Below are positions 52,356 to 61,776 of a stretch of DNA of 64,000 nucleotides, piece by piece. The stretch's first letter is position 1. Every line of letters begins with the position of its first letter. The position numbers and the translations under genes were made by a program. The notes beneath the pieces were generated by a model. That model searched no databases. It was given only the letters and a program-made list of their open reading frames with translations, and was not told the DNA's origin. Source of the DNA: a virus; IMG/VR virus record IMGVR_UViG_3300042197_003184, positions 32,001-96,000 of that record; one strand, 5' to 3'.

Positions 52356-53197
52356 ATTGTAAATGGCTCCCCTGCTTGTTTAATAAAAATCTCCGATATA
52401 GCTCCATCAAATACCTCAAAGCTATGAGACTGTAAAAGGCGGTTTCTTATATCTAGGTTTCTTTTTTTATCGTAATTTTTTATGGATTTCTGTATACTGT
52501 CATTCAGGCTATTACTGTCTTTAAAGGTTAGTATATGATCATGATCATAGGTATGATTAGATATAATAGAACATCCACAAACAGAGGCAAACAAAGTATT
52601 AACATAACCATCAAATATCAGAGCAACTTTATATTGATTCAGATTGTCCGCTATACTGTCTAAATTATTAAATTCCGTTATTATACCCGCATCTGGTAGT
52701 ATATCTAAAATTTGCTGATGAATAATTCTGCATTGTCTTATATTCTGATTGGATACTAATACTATAGATTTTCTGTTCTGTTCATTGATAGGGTATTCTG
52801 GAATACCAATTTTCATAGTATCTATTTTTATGGGCCAAGCTTTAGCTACAGACTCATTGAAACATATCTTGGTTATGTTTTTAAGAGAGTTATTCAATAT
52901 AATGAGGTCTTCTTTTTTTAAATAGGTCGCCGGTAAATTATCTATAAATACTAGACCATTAATATATTCTTGAAACATAATGGTTTTGATACTTTGATGA
53001 TCTAAGTAGTTGGTAGATACGCACAGTGACCAGTCTGTGCTTACTCCGCAACTAGAGTGTAGTATGTTAGCTTTTTTTATTTTGTATAATATTAGGTCTA
53101 TAATAGAACTATTTGAGTTGCTAATAATATTCAAACCATGATTGTGTTTAATCTTGGCTGCTGTATTAATAATATTGGCTGTGGCTGAGTGTTGCAT
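52352..53197 (-). CDS. Divergent glycosyltransferase-like protein
   Basis: GIP after the N-lobe and L..YKV.L......L.ASVCGC.IIS in the C-lobe. Confidence 0.45.
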   Translation of the reverse strand: MQHSATANIINTAAKIKHNHGLNIISNSNSSIIDLILYKIKKANILHSSCGVSTDWSLCVSTNYLDHQSIKTIMFQEYINGLVFIDNLPATYLKKEDLIILNNSLKNITKICFNESVAKAWPIKIDTMKIGIPEYPINEQNRKSIVLVSNQNIRQCRIIHQQILDILPDAGIITEFNNLDSIADNLNQYKVALIFDGYVNTLFASVCGCSIISNHTYDHDHILTFKDSNSLNDSIQKSIKNYDKKRNLDIRNRLLQSHSFEVFDGAISEIFIKQAGEPFTI

Positions 53198-53198
53198 A

Positions 53199-54206
53199 TT
53201 ATATTAATCTAGATATCGGTATAGTATTTTTTTGACGAGGTTTTTCTGGTTGTTTATAGACAAATTCTCTCATATTGTTAATCAAAGAGTTGGTGAGAAC
53301 AGAAGCGTGATTATCATCTGGTAAATATTTTCTATGTTCGTTAGAGTAGCACGGAACGTCAACAATAACGGTATTATCTTCATCCATAATATGATTATTC
53401 ACAACTTCTGCAATTTCTTTGTGAAGAACTGTCGTACTACGAGAAAAACAAAGCAGGGTTTCACAAGTTTTATGTAAGGCAATTTGGTCTTGTATGCTCA
53501 TAGGGGTGAATAAGAACAGCTCTACTAGACTCTTATTAGATACATTAATATTGAGTTCTTGTTTGGTTTGTTGAATAAATCTGGTCAGATCCTTCTGGTC
53601 CTCAGAGTCTCCGGTAATTGACAGAATAATACTCTGTCCATCTCTGCATCTAAAAGCTATGTAGAAAGATAGTAGTATTTTTTTTATTAAGTCGTGTTCA
53701 CGCTTATAGTGAAAAAAACCATAGAATTTATGGTTGTAGTTGTGTGCCCCAAAATTAAATCTTTTATCTCCTATCGCAGATATTGTTTCAGATAAATCCA
53801 CGTCTGTTTTAAGTATTTTAGACTTGATCTCCGACTTTAGCAATAGGCTTATATCCTGATCTGTATTAACTATAACTTTATCAAACCTATTTAAATTTTC
53901 GATAATACGATCATCTGTTATATTAGAGTAGCCTCCAAATATTGGTATCGCAACGTGTTGTGGAAAAAAACCAGAATAAGCTAGTTTATCTATTGGGAGA
54001 TGCTGTATGCAGCAATCATATTTCTCAGACCCGGACGTTTTTTCTAGTTTAGAGATTGATTCGTTAATGGGACTATATGGGTTATTTTCCAAATAAAATG
54101 GTCTTAAATGTAACATATGACTATCTTGTAACGTTTTTATATACCGACGACTAATTTCGCCATAGTGCGTGTCGTCCCTATATGGTCCCAGATATAAAAT
54201 ATTCAT
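53199..54206 (-). CDS. Glycosyltransferase-like protein (GT-B fold, divergent)
   Basis: MNILYLGPYRD.T.YG...R.YI..L...YD.CIQH.P...FD.VIV...LHKTC..L. It lacks the E-x7-E motif. Confidence 0.6.
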   Translation of the reverse strand: MNILYLGPYRDDTHYGEISRRYIKTLQDSHMLHLRPFYLENNPYSPINESISKLEKTSGSEKYDCCIQHLPIDKLAYSGFFPQHVAIPIFGGYSNITDDRIIENLNRFDKVIVNTDQDISLLLKSEIKSKILKTDVDLSETISAIGDKRFNFGAHNYNHKFYGFFHYKREHDLIKKILLSFYIAFRCRDGQSIILSITGDSEDQKDLTRFIQQTKQELNINVSNKSLVELFLFTPMSIQDQIALHKTCETLLCFSRSTTVLHKEIAEVVNNHIMDEDNTVIVDVPCYSNEHRKYLPDDNHASVLTNSLINNMREFVYKQPEKPRQKNTIPISRLI

Positions 54207-55873
54207 GAAGACCCCTTGATTCTAGCATACTCTAAGTAGTCATCATTGAATACAACCTTACCATGCCTTACTCTCTCCGAATTATTGATGTTATCTATAT
54301 AAGTAGAGATAGTTTCTTCCATATTGTTGAGGCCGTATGAATCGATAGTGGTTCCGCTTTGAACGAATCCATAATCTAAATCCTTAAGCATATCTAGAAA
54401 AAACATAGAAGACATTAGTTGATAGTTGTGTAGATGGTTATTGCATATGTTTATTAGAAGATCAAAATATTGACCATTAATTTGTTGTTTATCTAGGGAT
54501 TGGATAGGTACCAAATGTCTGGGATCAATATCCCAATTTGATCTGAAACCTTTGGCATCTAATTTATCTAGATACGCCTCCCACTTTTTTGCAACATCAT
54601 CCCAGTTATAATATTTTTCTGTGAGTTTTCTGGTTTTAGTTTTGATCTTATCGAGTTCCTCCGAAGACATAGCCAACAAACACAATAACTTATCTGCTAA
54701 ATCGTCGTTATCGGGGTAGGCCCTAAAGGCTTTAGTTTCTAGCTCTTTGAATTTTGTCTGTACTTTAATTTTTTGAGCCCCTAACTTTTCTATAATATCC
54801 ACCATAGCGCTATAATCAACAGTTAGAATTGGTAATCCACTAGCACCAGCTTCTACTTGTGGCATACCGGCTCCTTCGCATATGGCATATTGTACATAAT
54901 AGTCGAATATGTTATATATAGAAGCTAGTTGTTTGCTACTAATTCCTCTGGTCACAGTGGGAAAAGCACATGAAACCTCCATACAATTTTGGCAACCCGT
55001 AGCTGGACCACAAAATGTTTTGGCTATAATGTCATTACATTTTTTACAAGAATAGGTAAAAAAGACCCTATTAGATAGTCTATTAGATTTCAGTAGTTCT
55101 GGTATATCCCATCCGATATCTGGATAGCTTGTATGTAGATATAGAAAAGTTTTATTATATAGTGGGGAATTTTGTTTCTTTAGGTTGTCAAGTACTTTGC
55201 GAAAAGATATCAATAGATCTGGGATGAGTTTTCTTTTTTGGTTCCTCATAACGGACCCAACGATTACAGAATCTTCTGGTAACCCAAGATTTTGTTTAAT
55301 AGTGCGCTTTATAGAATCATTAACGGGTTTAAATGTCTCAAGATCCACACCCGGGGCTGCTGTATCAATATAATTTATTTGATTCGATGTTTGGTCTAAT
55401 AAAACCTTCGCACCCCAGTCCGAATATGTAAAGACGGCATCCGCGGAGAGATACGTGTCTAGCCATGATTCTTGTTGAGGGGCCGAATCAACTGTTGGCA
55501 TTAGTATCCAATGAAAATATTTTCTCAGAGGAGATGTTGCCTGATAATGGCTCATCCAGTAGTCTCTTACGTCTATTACTACATCTGGTTTAAAGTCCAA
55601 CAGAACCTTTTCGAATCTCCATCTACCAAATTGGTTATCTGGTCTAGATGTATATTCCTTATGTCTGGGGTCGTCGTTACCGACAGCATTGGCATAATAT
55701 CTCCATTTGATGGTTACGTCCTTGGGATCATTCACCAAGCCATACGAAGCAAATTCAGCTATTTCATATTTGTTGGTGGAGTGTAGCCGAGATAAAAGCT
55801 CTTTTGCATAGATTGCGAATCCGGAACTCAGGAAGCTTGCTTCGGAGCACATCAAAATTTTCATCTTAGACAT
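54203..55873 (-). CDS. GT4-family glycosyltransferase
   Basis: MKIL.CSEA..L.SGFA, PGVD..TF.P, VMRNQ.RK, YN.FD.YV and EGAGMPQVEAGASGLP (E-x7-E). The start is moved to the ATG at 55873 because the longer start lies inside the ssb terminator hairpin. Confidence 0.85.
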   Translation of the reverse strand: MSKMKILMCSEASFLSSGFAIYAKELLSRLHSTNKYEIAEFASYGLVNDPKDVTIKWRYYANAVGNDDPRHKEYTSRPDNQFGRWRFEKVLLDFKPDVVIDVRDYWMSHYQATSPLRKYFHWILMPTVDSAPQQESWLDTYLSADAVFTYSDWGAKVLLDQTSNQINYIDTAAPGVDLETFKPVNDSIKRTIKQNLGLPEDSVIVGSVMRNQKRKLIPDLLISFRKVLDNLKKQNSPLYNKTFLYLHTSYPDIGWDIPELLKSNRLSNRVFFTYSCKKCNDIIAKTFCGPATGCQNCMEVSCAFPTVTRGISSKQLASIYNIFDYYVQYAICEGAGMPQVEAGASGLPILTVDYSAMVDIIEKLGAQKIKVQTKFKELETKAFRAYPDNDDLADKLLCLLAMSSEELDKIKTKTRKLTEKYYNWDDVAKKWEAYLDKLDAKGFRSNWDIDPRHLVPIQSLDKQQINGQYFDLLINICNNHLHNYQLMSSMFFLDMLKDLDYGFVQSGTTIDSYGLNNMEETISTYIDNINNSERVRHGKVVFNDDYLEYARIKGSS

Positions 55874-55890
55874 AATTAGCTCTCTATACG

Positions 55891-55916
55891 AATAAGGGGG
55901 CGCGTGATACGCCCCC
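55891..55916 (-). terminator. Terminator-like hairpin downstream of ssb
   Basis: On the - strand GGGGGCG-TATCACG-CGCCCCC is followed by TTATT: a 7-bp pure GC stem with a weak U tract. Confidence 0.6.
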
Positions 55917-55939
55917 ATATCGCTTCATCTTTTTAGATA

Positions 55940-56314
55940 TTAGAAACTAACAGGTTCCTCTTCAGCAGAAGCCTTCGATGGCTTGCTTAGCTTAGTAATC
56001 TTAGAGAAATTATTTACTCTAACCTTGAGACTACTATGCTTAACTCCGTCCTTTTCCCAGGAATCATTCCTTAAAGAACCCTCTACCAATACCAAGTCGC
56101 CCTTCTTAAAGGATGAACCTATAATCTCTGCTCCAGTATCCCATGCTTCGCAGTTAATAAAAGAAGCAACCTTATCCTTTTCTCCGTTGGACTTAGTATA
56201 CTCTCTAGACACTGCAACTGTGAAATTAACCACAGATGTCTGCTTACCGCCGGTATTAACCACTCTTAGTTCTGGATCACGAGCTAGGTTACCTCTCAGA
56301 ATTGTAATATTCAT
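55940..56314 (-). CDS. ssb: Single-stranded DNA-binding protein
   Basis: MN...L.GNL.RDPELR...V.NF.VAV...FI.C.AW...AE......KG..V.VEG.L....W with an acidic EEEPVSF tail. RBS AAGGAG. Confidence 0.95.
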   Translation of the reverse strand: MNITILRGNLARDPELRVVNTGGKQTSVVNFTVAVSREYTKSNGEKDKVASFINCEAWDTGAEIIGSSFKKGDLVLVEGSLRNDSWEKDGVKHSSLKVRVNNFSKITKLSKPSKASAEEEPVSF

Positions 56315-56355
56315 ATCTATCTCCTTGAATCAAAAATTAAAAAACACAACACTCT

Positions 56356-56383
56356 ATCATAAAACGCCGCGCACGGGTGTCAA
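56356..56383 (-). promoter_or_regulatory. Sigma70-like promoter for ssb
   Basis: On the - strand, TTGACA (56383-56378), 16-nt spacer, TATGAT (56361-56356). The -35 box overlaps the dnaE-C stop codon. Confidence 0.65.
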
Positions 56384-58005
56384 GACGATGGAATAAAACA
56401 CTTATCTACAACGAAAGCGTCTTTATTCTTGGTTTTGCTACCAATAAAAACCAGCACATTACCACTAAAGATATGGTGCTTATATTCTATCCACTTTTCT
56501 GGAAACAGTACAACAGAATCCACAATACCCGTATTATCCTCTATGGTTGTGAAAGCCATTTCTTGACCTGGATTTTTCCCCTTTTTTGTTTTCACTATAT
56601 TAACATTTGTAACTTCTCCAGCAATAATTATATTCTGTGATACTGTAGAGTTTTTTAGTTCTTTGCAATTAGCATTGGTCATACTAATGTCGTACGTATC
56701 CAATTTTGAACAGGTTATGGCTGCACCAAGTAGGGAACTTTCCGAATCGGATAGCCATTCTATCTTGTCAATTAAGGAATATGGCGGCTTCTTTATAAGG
56801 TTTACTAAATTAGATATAACGTCTTTTCTGTTCTTGTTGATCTTTCCATACTGTATAATATGTTCTAATGAGTGTATAATGTTTGTATTATTAGTCGCGT
56901 ATGCTGTAGAGAATTGTTCGAGTTCTTTTTTTGTAAGAGTTGATAGTATGTCGAAGTCGAATAACATCTCAGTTCTGTTTTTCTTAAAATAGTCAAAAGC
57001 CCCACACGATATTAGTGCTTTAGCTGCTGTGGATGTTATATTCATTAATACTTTAGTTAGAATATCTAACCAGCTATATGTATTGATATCTTGATTTTTG
57101 ACCAAATCTGTTAACTTGGCATATACAGAATCCCCCACACCTTTAATGTCTGTGAGACCAAAGTATATTTTATTGTCTTTGATCAGAAATAATTTATTCA
57201 TATTTCTAATATCTGGAATATGAATATCAATATTCATCTCATTAGCATTACGTACCAATTCTTTGATTTCTTGCTGAGGATCTATTTTATCTTTAGCAAA
57301 TCTTAAATACGAAGCAAAGAAAACTTTTGGAAAGTGGGCTTTGGTATATGCAGATAAATATGCATTGATAGCGTACGATACAGCATGGCTTTTATTAAAT
57401 GAATATCTCTGGCTTTTTTCGATCCAGCTAAAAATCTCATCGGCCTGATCGTCGGTTACCACTCCTTGTGTTTTGGCTCCTACTATAAACTTCTGTTTGA
57501 TCTTGGCCATTTCTTCTGGTTTCTTTTTACCAATGGCCTTTCTTAACATGTCTGCCTCTTTAAGATCGAATCCTGCTATGTTTTGTGCTATTTCCATAGC
57601 TTGTTCCTGATAAATCATCTCCCCGTATGTTGCACCAAGGGTGGTTTCCAAAGATGCATGAAAATGGTCTATGCTTTCTTGTCCATTTTTTCTGTCTATG
57701 TAGTGATTGGACACGCTTTTGCCATCTCTGATAGCCTCTAAGCACCCAGGTCTTAATATACTAATAAGAGCAGATAGTTGTTCTATATTTTCTGGACGTA
57801 ATTTTTTTGCCATAGATTGCCCAAGTCTGCTCTCCAGCTGAAAACACCCTTTGGTATTACCGCTAGATATTAAATCCCATGTTCTGTGACAATCCAAATT
57901 TATTGCTTCGATTCTAGGATCGAAATCCAAACTAACAGTACCGTCTTGTTTTTTTTCCAAAACTTTAAATTTACAACCACAATCAAATGACAAAAAATCA
58001 GGCAT
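56380..58005 (-). CDS. dnaE: DNA polymerase III alpha subunit, C-terminal part (fingers, HhH, OB)
   Basis: G.FQLES, RPG, TYG.MIYQEQ.M, AD.LRKA.GKK, YSFNKSHA..YA, FGL..IKGVG, LI..GAFD, and OB-fold MAF.T.ED. Confidence 0.92.
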   Translation of the reverse strand: MPDFLSFDCGCKFKVLEKKQDGTVSLDFDPRIEAINLDCHRTWDLISSGNTKGCFQLESRLGQSMAKKLRPENIEQLSALISILRPGCLEAIRDGKSVSNHYIDRKNGQESIDHFHASLETTLGATYGEMIYQEQAMEIAQNIAGFDLKEADMLRKAIGKKKPEEMAKIKQKFIVGAKTQGVVTDDQADEIFSWIEKSQRYSFNKSHAVSYAINAYLSAYTKAHFPKVFFASYLRFAKDKIDPQQEIKELVRNANEMNIDIHIPDIRNMNKLFLIKDNKIYFGLTDIKGVGDSVYAKLTDLVKNQDINTYSWLDILTKVLMNITSTAAKALISCGAFDYFKKNRTEMLFDFDILSTLTKKELEQFSTAYATNNTNIIHSLEHIIQYGKINKNRKDVISNLVNLIKKPPYSLIDKIEWLSDSESSLLGAAITCSKLDTYDISMTNANCKELKNSTVSQNIIIAGEVTNVNIVKTKKGKNPGQEMAFTTIEDNTGIVDSVVLFPEKWIEYKHHIFSGNVLVFIGSKTKNKDAFVVDKCFIPSS

Positions 58006-58693
58006 TTACAAAAGATCCTTTAAATTTTACCTTTTTGGACATGTTACGATGTAATTTAAGAAATCTAATCAACAAGTTTGCTGTATCCTTAACGTCTTTT
58101 AAAGCGTCGTGAGAACCTTCGGCACTTAAGCCAAAATATTCTCTTACATGATCCAGAGTATAGTTCTTAAGTTCGTTGTTTCCTTCAAACCAATAAAACA
58201 TCATGTTCATAAGATCTATAACGTCTCTAGGATAAAAAAGAGAACTTCTGCCTTCTTTATTAAGGTTATTATATTTGATACTAAGTCTTTCTACAATTCT
58301 TAGATCGAATCTGTTTATGTTGTAACCAGCAGCTATAGGAGCAGTAAAGCAAGATTTTTTATCGGATCTTGTATGATACATGCTCAGATAAGAAACAAAC
58401 ATTTGCCATCCCTGATCCTGTTTTTGGAATTCTTTCCAGCTGTCCAGAATAGCAGCCTTAGTAGAGTTACGAACCTTGGCATGAAAGTCTAGCACATCAC
58501 TATCGGCGTAGTCATAGTCTGGATTGTCTTGTAGAGCAGACGGTTTGAGACTTATATTGAATTCTGAGTCTTTTACTATCTCTAACTTGAGAGGGTCCAC
58601 AATCACAGCAGCTATTTGAACTGGACTACAAATATCCGGATTCGCCCCGTCTGTTTCGAGATCGAAAACGCACAGTTTTTGAAAATTAGCCAT
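57998..58693 (-). CDS. dnaQ: DEDDh 3'-5' exonuclease (DnaQ/epsilon-like)
   Basis: ExoI VFDLETDG, ExoII GYN..FD, ExoIII HDALKD. Confidence 0.85.
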   Translation of the reverse strand: MANFQKLCVFDLETDGANPDICSPVQIAAVIVDPLKLEIVKDSEFNISLKPSALQDNPDYDYADSDVLDFHAKVRNSTKAAILDSWKEFQKQDQGWQMFVSYLSMYHTRSDKKSCFTAPIAAGYNINRFDLRIVERLSIKYNNLNKEGRSSLFYPRDVIDLMNMMFYWFEGNNELKNYTLDHVREYFGLSAEGSHDALKDVKDTANLLIRFLKLHRNMSKKVKFKGSFVNA

Positions 58694-58865
58694 TAAATGT
58701 TACCTTTGTGTCGTCTGAAAAATATGTCTGATTATTTGGGTTGGTAACCGCCTGAGCATTGGTCACCTTACAACAGCTAATTCTGTTATCTTGCGTTCTG
58801 ATATACTCGATATCGTTATACAGGAAGCGCTGTCCAACCCCGATATCCCTAAAGTTTTTCTCCAT
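58686..58865 (-). CDS. Small hypothetical protein (59 aa), absent from the ORF track
   Basis: Translated by hand: MEKNFRDIGVGQRFLYNDIEYIRTQDNRISCCKVTNAQAVTNPNNQTYFSDDTKVTFNG. It starts 2 nt after the dnaE-N stop, has GGAG upstream, and its stop overlaps the dnaQ start. Confidence 0.75.
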   Translation of the reverse strand: MEKNFRDIGVGQRFLYNDIEYIRTQDNRISCCKVTNAQAVTNPNNQTYFSDDTKVTFNG

Positions 58866-58867
58866 AA

Positions 58868-60736
58868 TTAAATTGCTCCAGTTTTTAAAATATCTGATAT
58901 GGCCATAATTTTATCTAACATTGCTATACCCAATACGTCAAATTTAATAATACCCAAAGCTTCCAGGTCTTGCATTTCCATCCCGGCTATAGGTTGTTTG
59001 TTTTTGGTATCGTAGACCATTGGACATAGATCGCTTAATTTATCATTACTAATAACTATGCCAGCGGCATGTTTAGACTGGTTGGACTTGGTGCCCTCCA
59101 ATCTTATTGCTTGCTCAAACCTTTTAGATAACGGTCCCGAAAGCTGGCCTTCACTATCAATATAACACCACTCCTTTAGTTTGTCAACGTTGTTTTCCAA
59201 CGCCCATCTGATAATGGAAGCTTCTCCGGTATCTTCTTTCATTTCCTGAAGTTCGTCAGCAATCTTGGCTTCGTCCGGTATGCATTTGGTAATACGATTC
59301 ATCTCTTCAAAGGATATATTTCCGTAAACCCTTAAAACCTCTTTTAATGCTCCTCTCCCTTTCATAGTATTAAAAGTGATCATCTGAGATACTTTATCTG
59401 ATCCGTATTTATTTTTTATATACTCTATGATTTCTTCTCTTTTGTTAATAGGAACATCTACGTCAATATCTGGCATAGAAATTCTATCTGTTGTGTTTCT
59501 ACCAGCATTATAAAATCTCTCAAAAATTAAGTTATATTTTATGGGATCTATAGATGTAATACCTACTAAATATGAGACCAAACACCCTGCTGCCGAACCT
59601 CTTCCTGGGCCCGGTAGCCAACCCTCTTTTCTGACTTTATCCAGAATATCACCAACTATTAAAAAGTAACTAGATAAACCCGCACCTTGTAAAACTTCTA
59701 GCTCATATTTTATTCTGTCGGTATAGGTGTTTTGTTGGTCTTTATCTATGATGTTGGATATTTTTTCTCTCCATCCTTTGCGACAAAGTTCTCTTAGATA
59801 TTCATCTGGATTTGTATTATTAGGACACGAAAATGGAGGTAGGACTGGTTTGCTTAATATGTCATATTCTTCGCATAAACTATCTACGTATATAGTATTT
59901 TCTATTTCTTCCGAAGTATGAAGTTCTTGTATTTCCTCAGGCGATAGAATATGGAAATTCTCTGATCTAAAAAAACATTCCATCGGTATTTTTTCATTAT
60001 TTAGCATCTTTTTGTTAATATCTACCAACGTGGTTTTTAGATTATTACAAAGTAATATACGTTGGTCTATTGCGTCTTCTTTCTCGCAATAGTGGGCATC
60101 TGGCGTACAGATAACCTTAGTGTTGGTATTTTTTCCCAGCCTGCGAATCATGTCTGTGACTTCTTGTTGTATTGGGGTGTGGACAACATCCATTAGCTGG
60201 GACTCTAAGAAGAAATTATCTTTGCCAAAAATCTCTTTCATTTTATCAACATAGCTAGTGCCTATGTTCATAGCGTCGTCTTTGTTTTGTAGCATAAGGT
60301 CCGTAATATGGGATCCCAAGTGCCCGGCTATGCCTATCATATTACCGTCTAGCAGGCCGGATAAGGTTTCGATATCGAGTCTAGGCTTATGGTAAAAGTT
60401 ACCAGCTTCGTTGGATGCTGATACTATGCGTATCAGGGTTTTCCATCCTTCATGGTTTTTGGCCAGTACGATAAAATGACTTAGATCGCTATTGTCGCTA
60501 TTTTTTATAGTACAATTCTGGTGCGAAACATAAATTTCGCAACCCAAAATAGGCTTGATACCGGCAGATTTCATTACTTGGTAAAACTGTACAGTGCCAG
60601 AGATAGTACCATGGTCTGTTAATGCACAAGACTTAACTCCTATTTTTTTGCACCTATCAGCAATTTGTTGCGGTTTACTAAGCCCATCCAATAAAGAATA
60701 ATGAGAATGTACATGCAAAGGAATATATGGTTTCAT
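58868..60736 (-). CDS. dnaE: DNA polymerase III alpha subunit, N-terminal part (PHP plus palm/thumb)
   Basis: LHVHSHYSLLDG, ALTDHG, KPILGCE, DAHY, GPGRGSAAG, FERF, MPDIDVD, HAAG, KFDVLG. Confidence 0.93.
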   Translation of the reverse strand: MKPYIPLHVHSHYSLLDGLSKPQQIADRCKKIGVKSCALTDHGTISGTVQFYQVMKSAGIKPILGCEIYVSHQNCTIKNSDNSDLSHFIVLAKNHEGWKTLIRIVSASNEAGNFYHKPRLDIETLSGLLDGNMIGIAGHLGSHITDLMLQNKDDAMNIGTSYVDKMKEIFGKDNFFLESQLMDVVHTPIQQEVTDMIRRLGKNTNTKVICTPDAHYCEKEDAIDQRILLCNNLKTTLVDINKKMLNNEKIPMECFFRSENFHILSPEEIQELHTSEEIENTIYVDSLCEEYDILSKPVLPPFSCPNNTNPDEYLRELCRKGWREKISNIIDKDQQNTYTDRIKYELEVLQGAGLSSYFLIVGDILDKVRKEGWLPGPGRGSAAGCLVSYLVGITSIDPIKYNLIFERFYNAGRNTTDRISMPDIDVDVPINKREEIIEYIKNKYGSDKVSQMITFNTMKGRGALKEVLRVYGNISFEEMNRITKCIPDEAKIADELQEMKEDTGEASIIRWALENNVDKLKEWCYIDSEGQLSGPLSKRFEQAIRLEGTKSNQSKHAAGIVISNDKLSDLCPMVYDTKNKQPIAGMEMQDLEALGIIKFDVLGIAMLDKIMAISDILKTGAI

Positions 60737-61776
60737 TCTGTGCTTCCTGGGGCTTTATATTTTCCAAATGAGTGAGACGGATTCTTATATTGTTGTACCA
60801 CAAAATCCATGCCGTGCAAGTCCATATCGTGTTTGACTTGTTCGCATTTGGTCATAGAGGAACCCATATTGCATATTTGTTTTTCTCTATATTCGATTTG
60901 TGGAGAAATGTGAGAGTTTTCAAATGTGGTCTTTCCAAAATGACACAATTTGGTACACATCCAGCTTTTGTTGAGTCTGGGTTTTCTGGTGTTTTTTACT
61001 ATTTCAAATTTTTGTCTTAACATTTCCTCCGTAGCCTTAAGGTCAGATTTGTCAAAACATATAGAAAAAGGACCGCCATCATTAATAAAATATATTGAGA
61101 ATATAATATGGTTTATATGAGGGTATAAATGATTTATGGCATAGTGATATATTCTTAACTGAGGGTCTTTCTCTAGTTTCTCTTGGGTTTTTTCTTGACC
61201 CGTTGCCCAATCAAGCCTTCTTCCTGTTTTCCAGTCTATTATCTCTATCGTGTCTTCGTTGACTAATGTAATTAAGTCTATAGTACCTTTAATAGCCAGA
61301 TTACCTTCTAGTTTGCCTTCATTGGTATCATAAGAATACGCAGACCAAGGTTTTTTGATTTCTATATCAAAATGTTGTTCAGGACATAGTATAAGTCTGT
61401 TTCTTGGATCGAACATACCCCCATTAAAATTGATAGCCTTATAAACCCAACTATGACAATCTTTGTAATCTTTTAGTGACCACTTGTGATGTGTTGTGGC
61501 GTCTGTATAGTGTTTATATACTTTTTCTATTAGGGTGTCCAAACTATACTTATCGCAATTGATGTTACCAACCACATCGTCGGTAACCTCATTTATATTG
61601 TCTTGCTGTGCTTTTTTTATTACCGCCAGAATCTCTAATACTTTATGTACAATGGTTCCTTTGTCTGCCTTTTGACCCGAAGGCCCACGATAGCCAAGAA
61701 CGTACTCAAGAAAATACTGTTGTTCGCACATGGAGTGCGTGTTATAAGAACTACTCCTAAAATATGTGACTATAAT
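60733..61776 (-). CDS. PD-(D/E)XK exonuclease (RecB/AddB/Cas4-like)
   Basis: RSSS...C..QY, GT.VH..LE, E..F, KGTIDL...IIDWKTG, QL..Y, and C-terminal Cys residues (WMC..LC...C). The start is uncertain: ATG at 61815 or ATT at 61776. Confidence 0.8.
   Translation of the reverse strand: MIVTYFRSSSYNTHSMCEQQYFLEYVLGYRGPSGQKADKGTIVHKVLEILAVIKKAQQDNINEVTDDVVGNINCDKYSLDTLIEKVYKHYTDATTHHKWSLKDYKDCHSWVYKAINFNGGMFDPRNRLILCPEQHFDIEIKKPWSAYSYDTNEGKLEGNLAIKGTIDLITLVNEDTIEIIDWKTGRRLDWATGQEKTQEKLEKDPQLRIYHYAINHLYPHINHIIFSIYFINDGGPFSICFDKSDLKATEEMLRQKFEIVKNTRKPRLNKSWMCTKLCHFGKTTFENSHISPQIEYREKQICNMGSSMTKCEQVKHDMDLHGMDFVVQQYKNPSHSFGKYKAPGSTE

Noticed and set aside
55874-55918. N-terminal extension MGAYHAPPYSYRELI of the GT4 protein
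   Set aside because: It lies within the GC hairpin after ssb. The GT fold starts at MSKMKIL (55873).
56380-60736. Split intein or group I intron in dnaE
   Set aside because: There is no Cys/Ser-initiated intein N-block and no HN/C terminus. The intervening DNA is fully occupied by two coupled ORFs, with no room for a ribozyme core.
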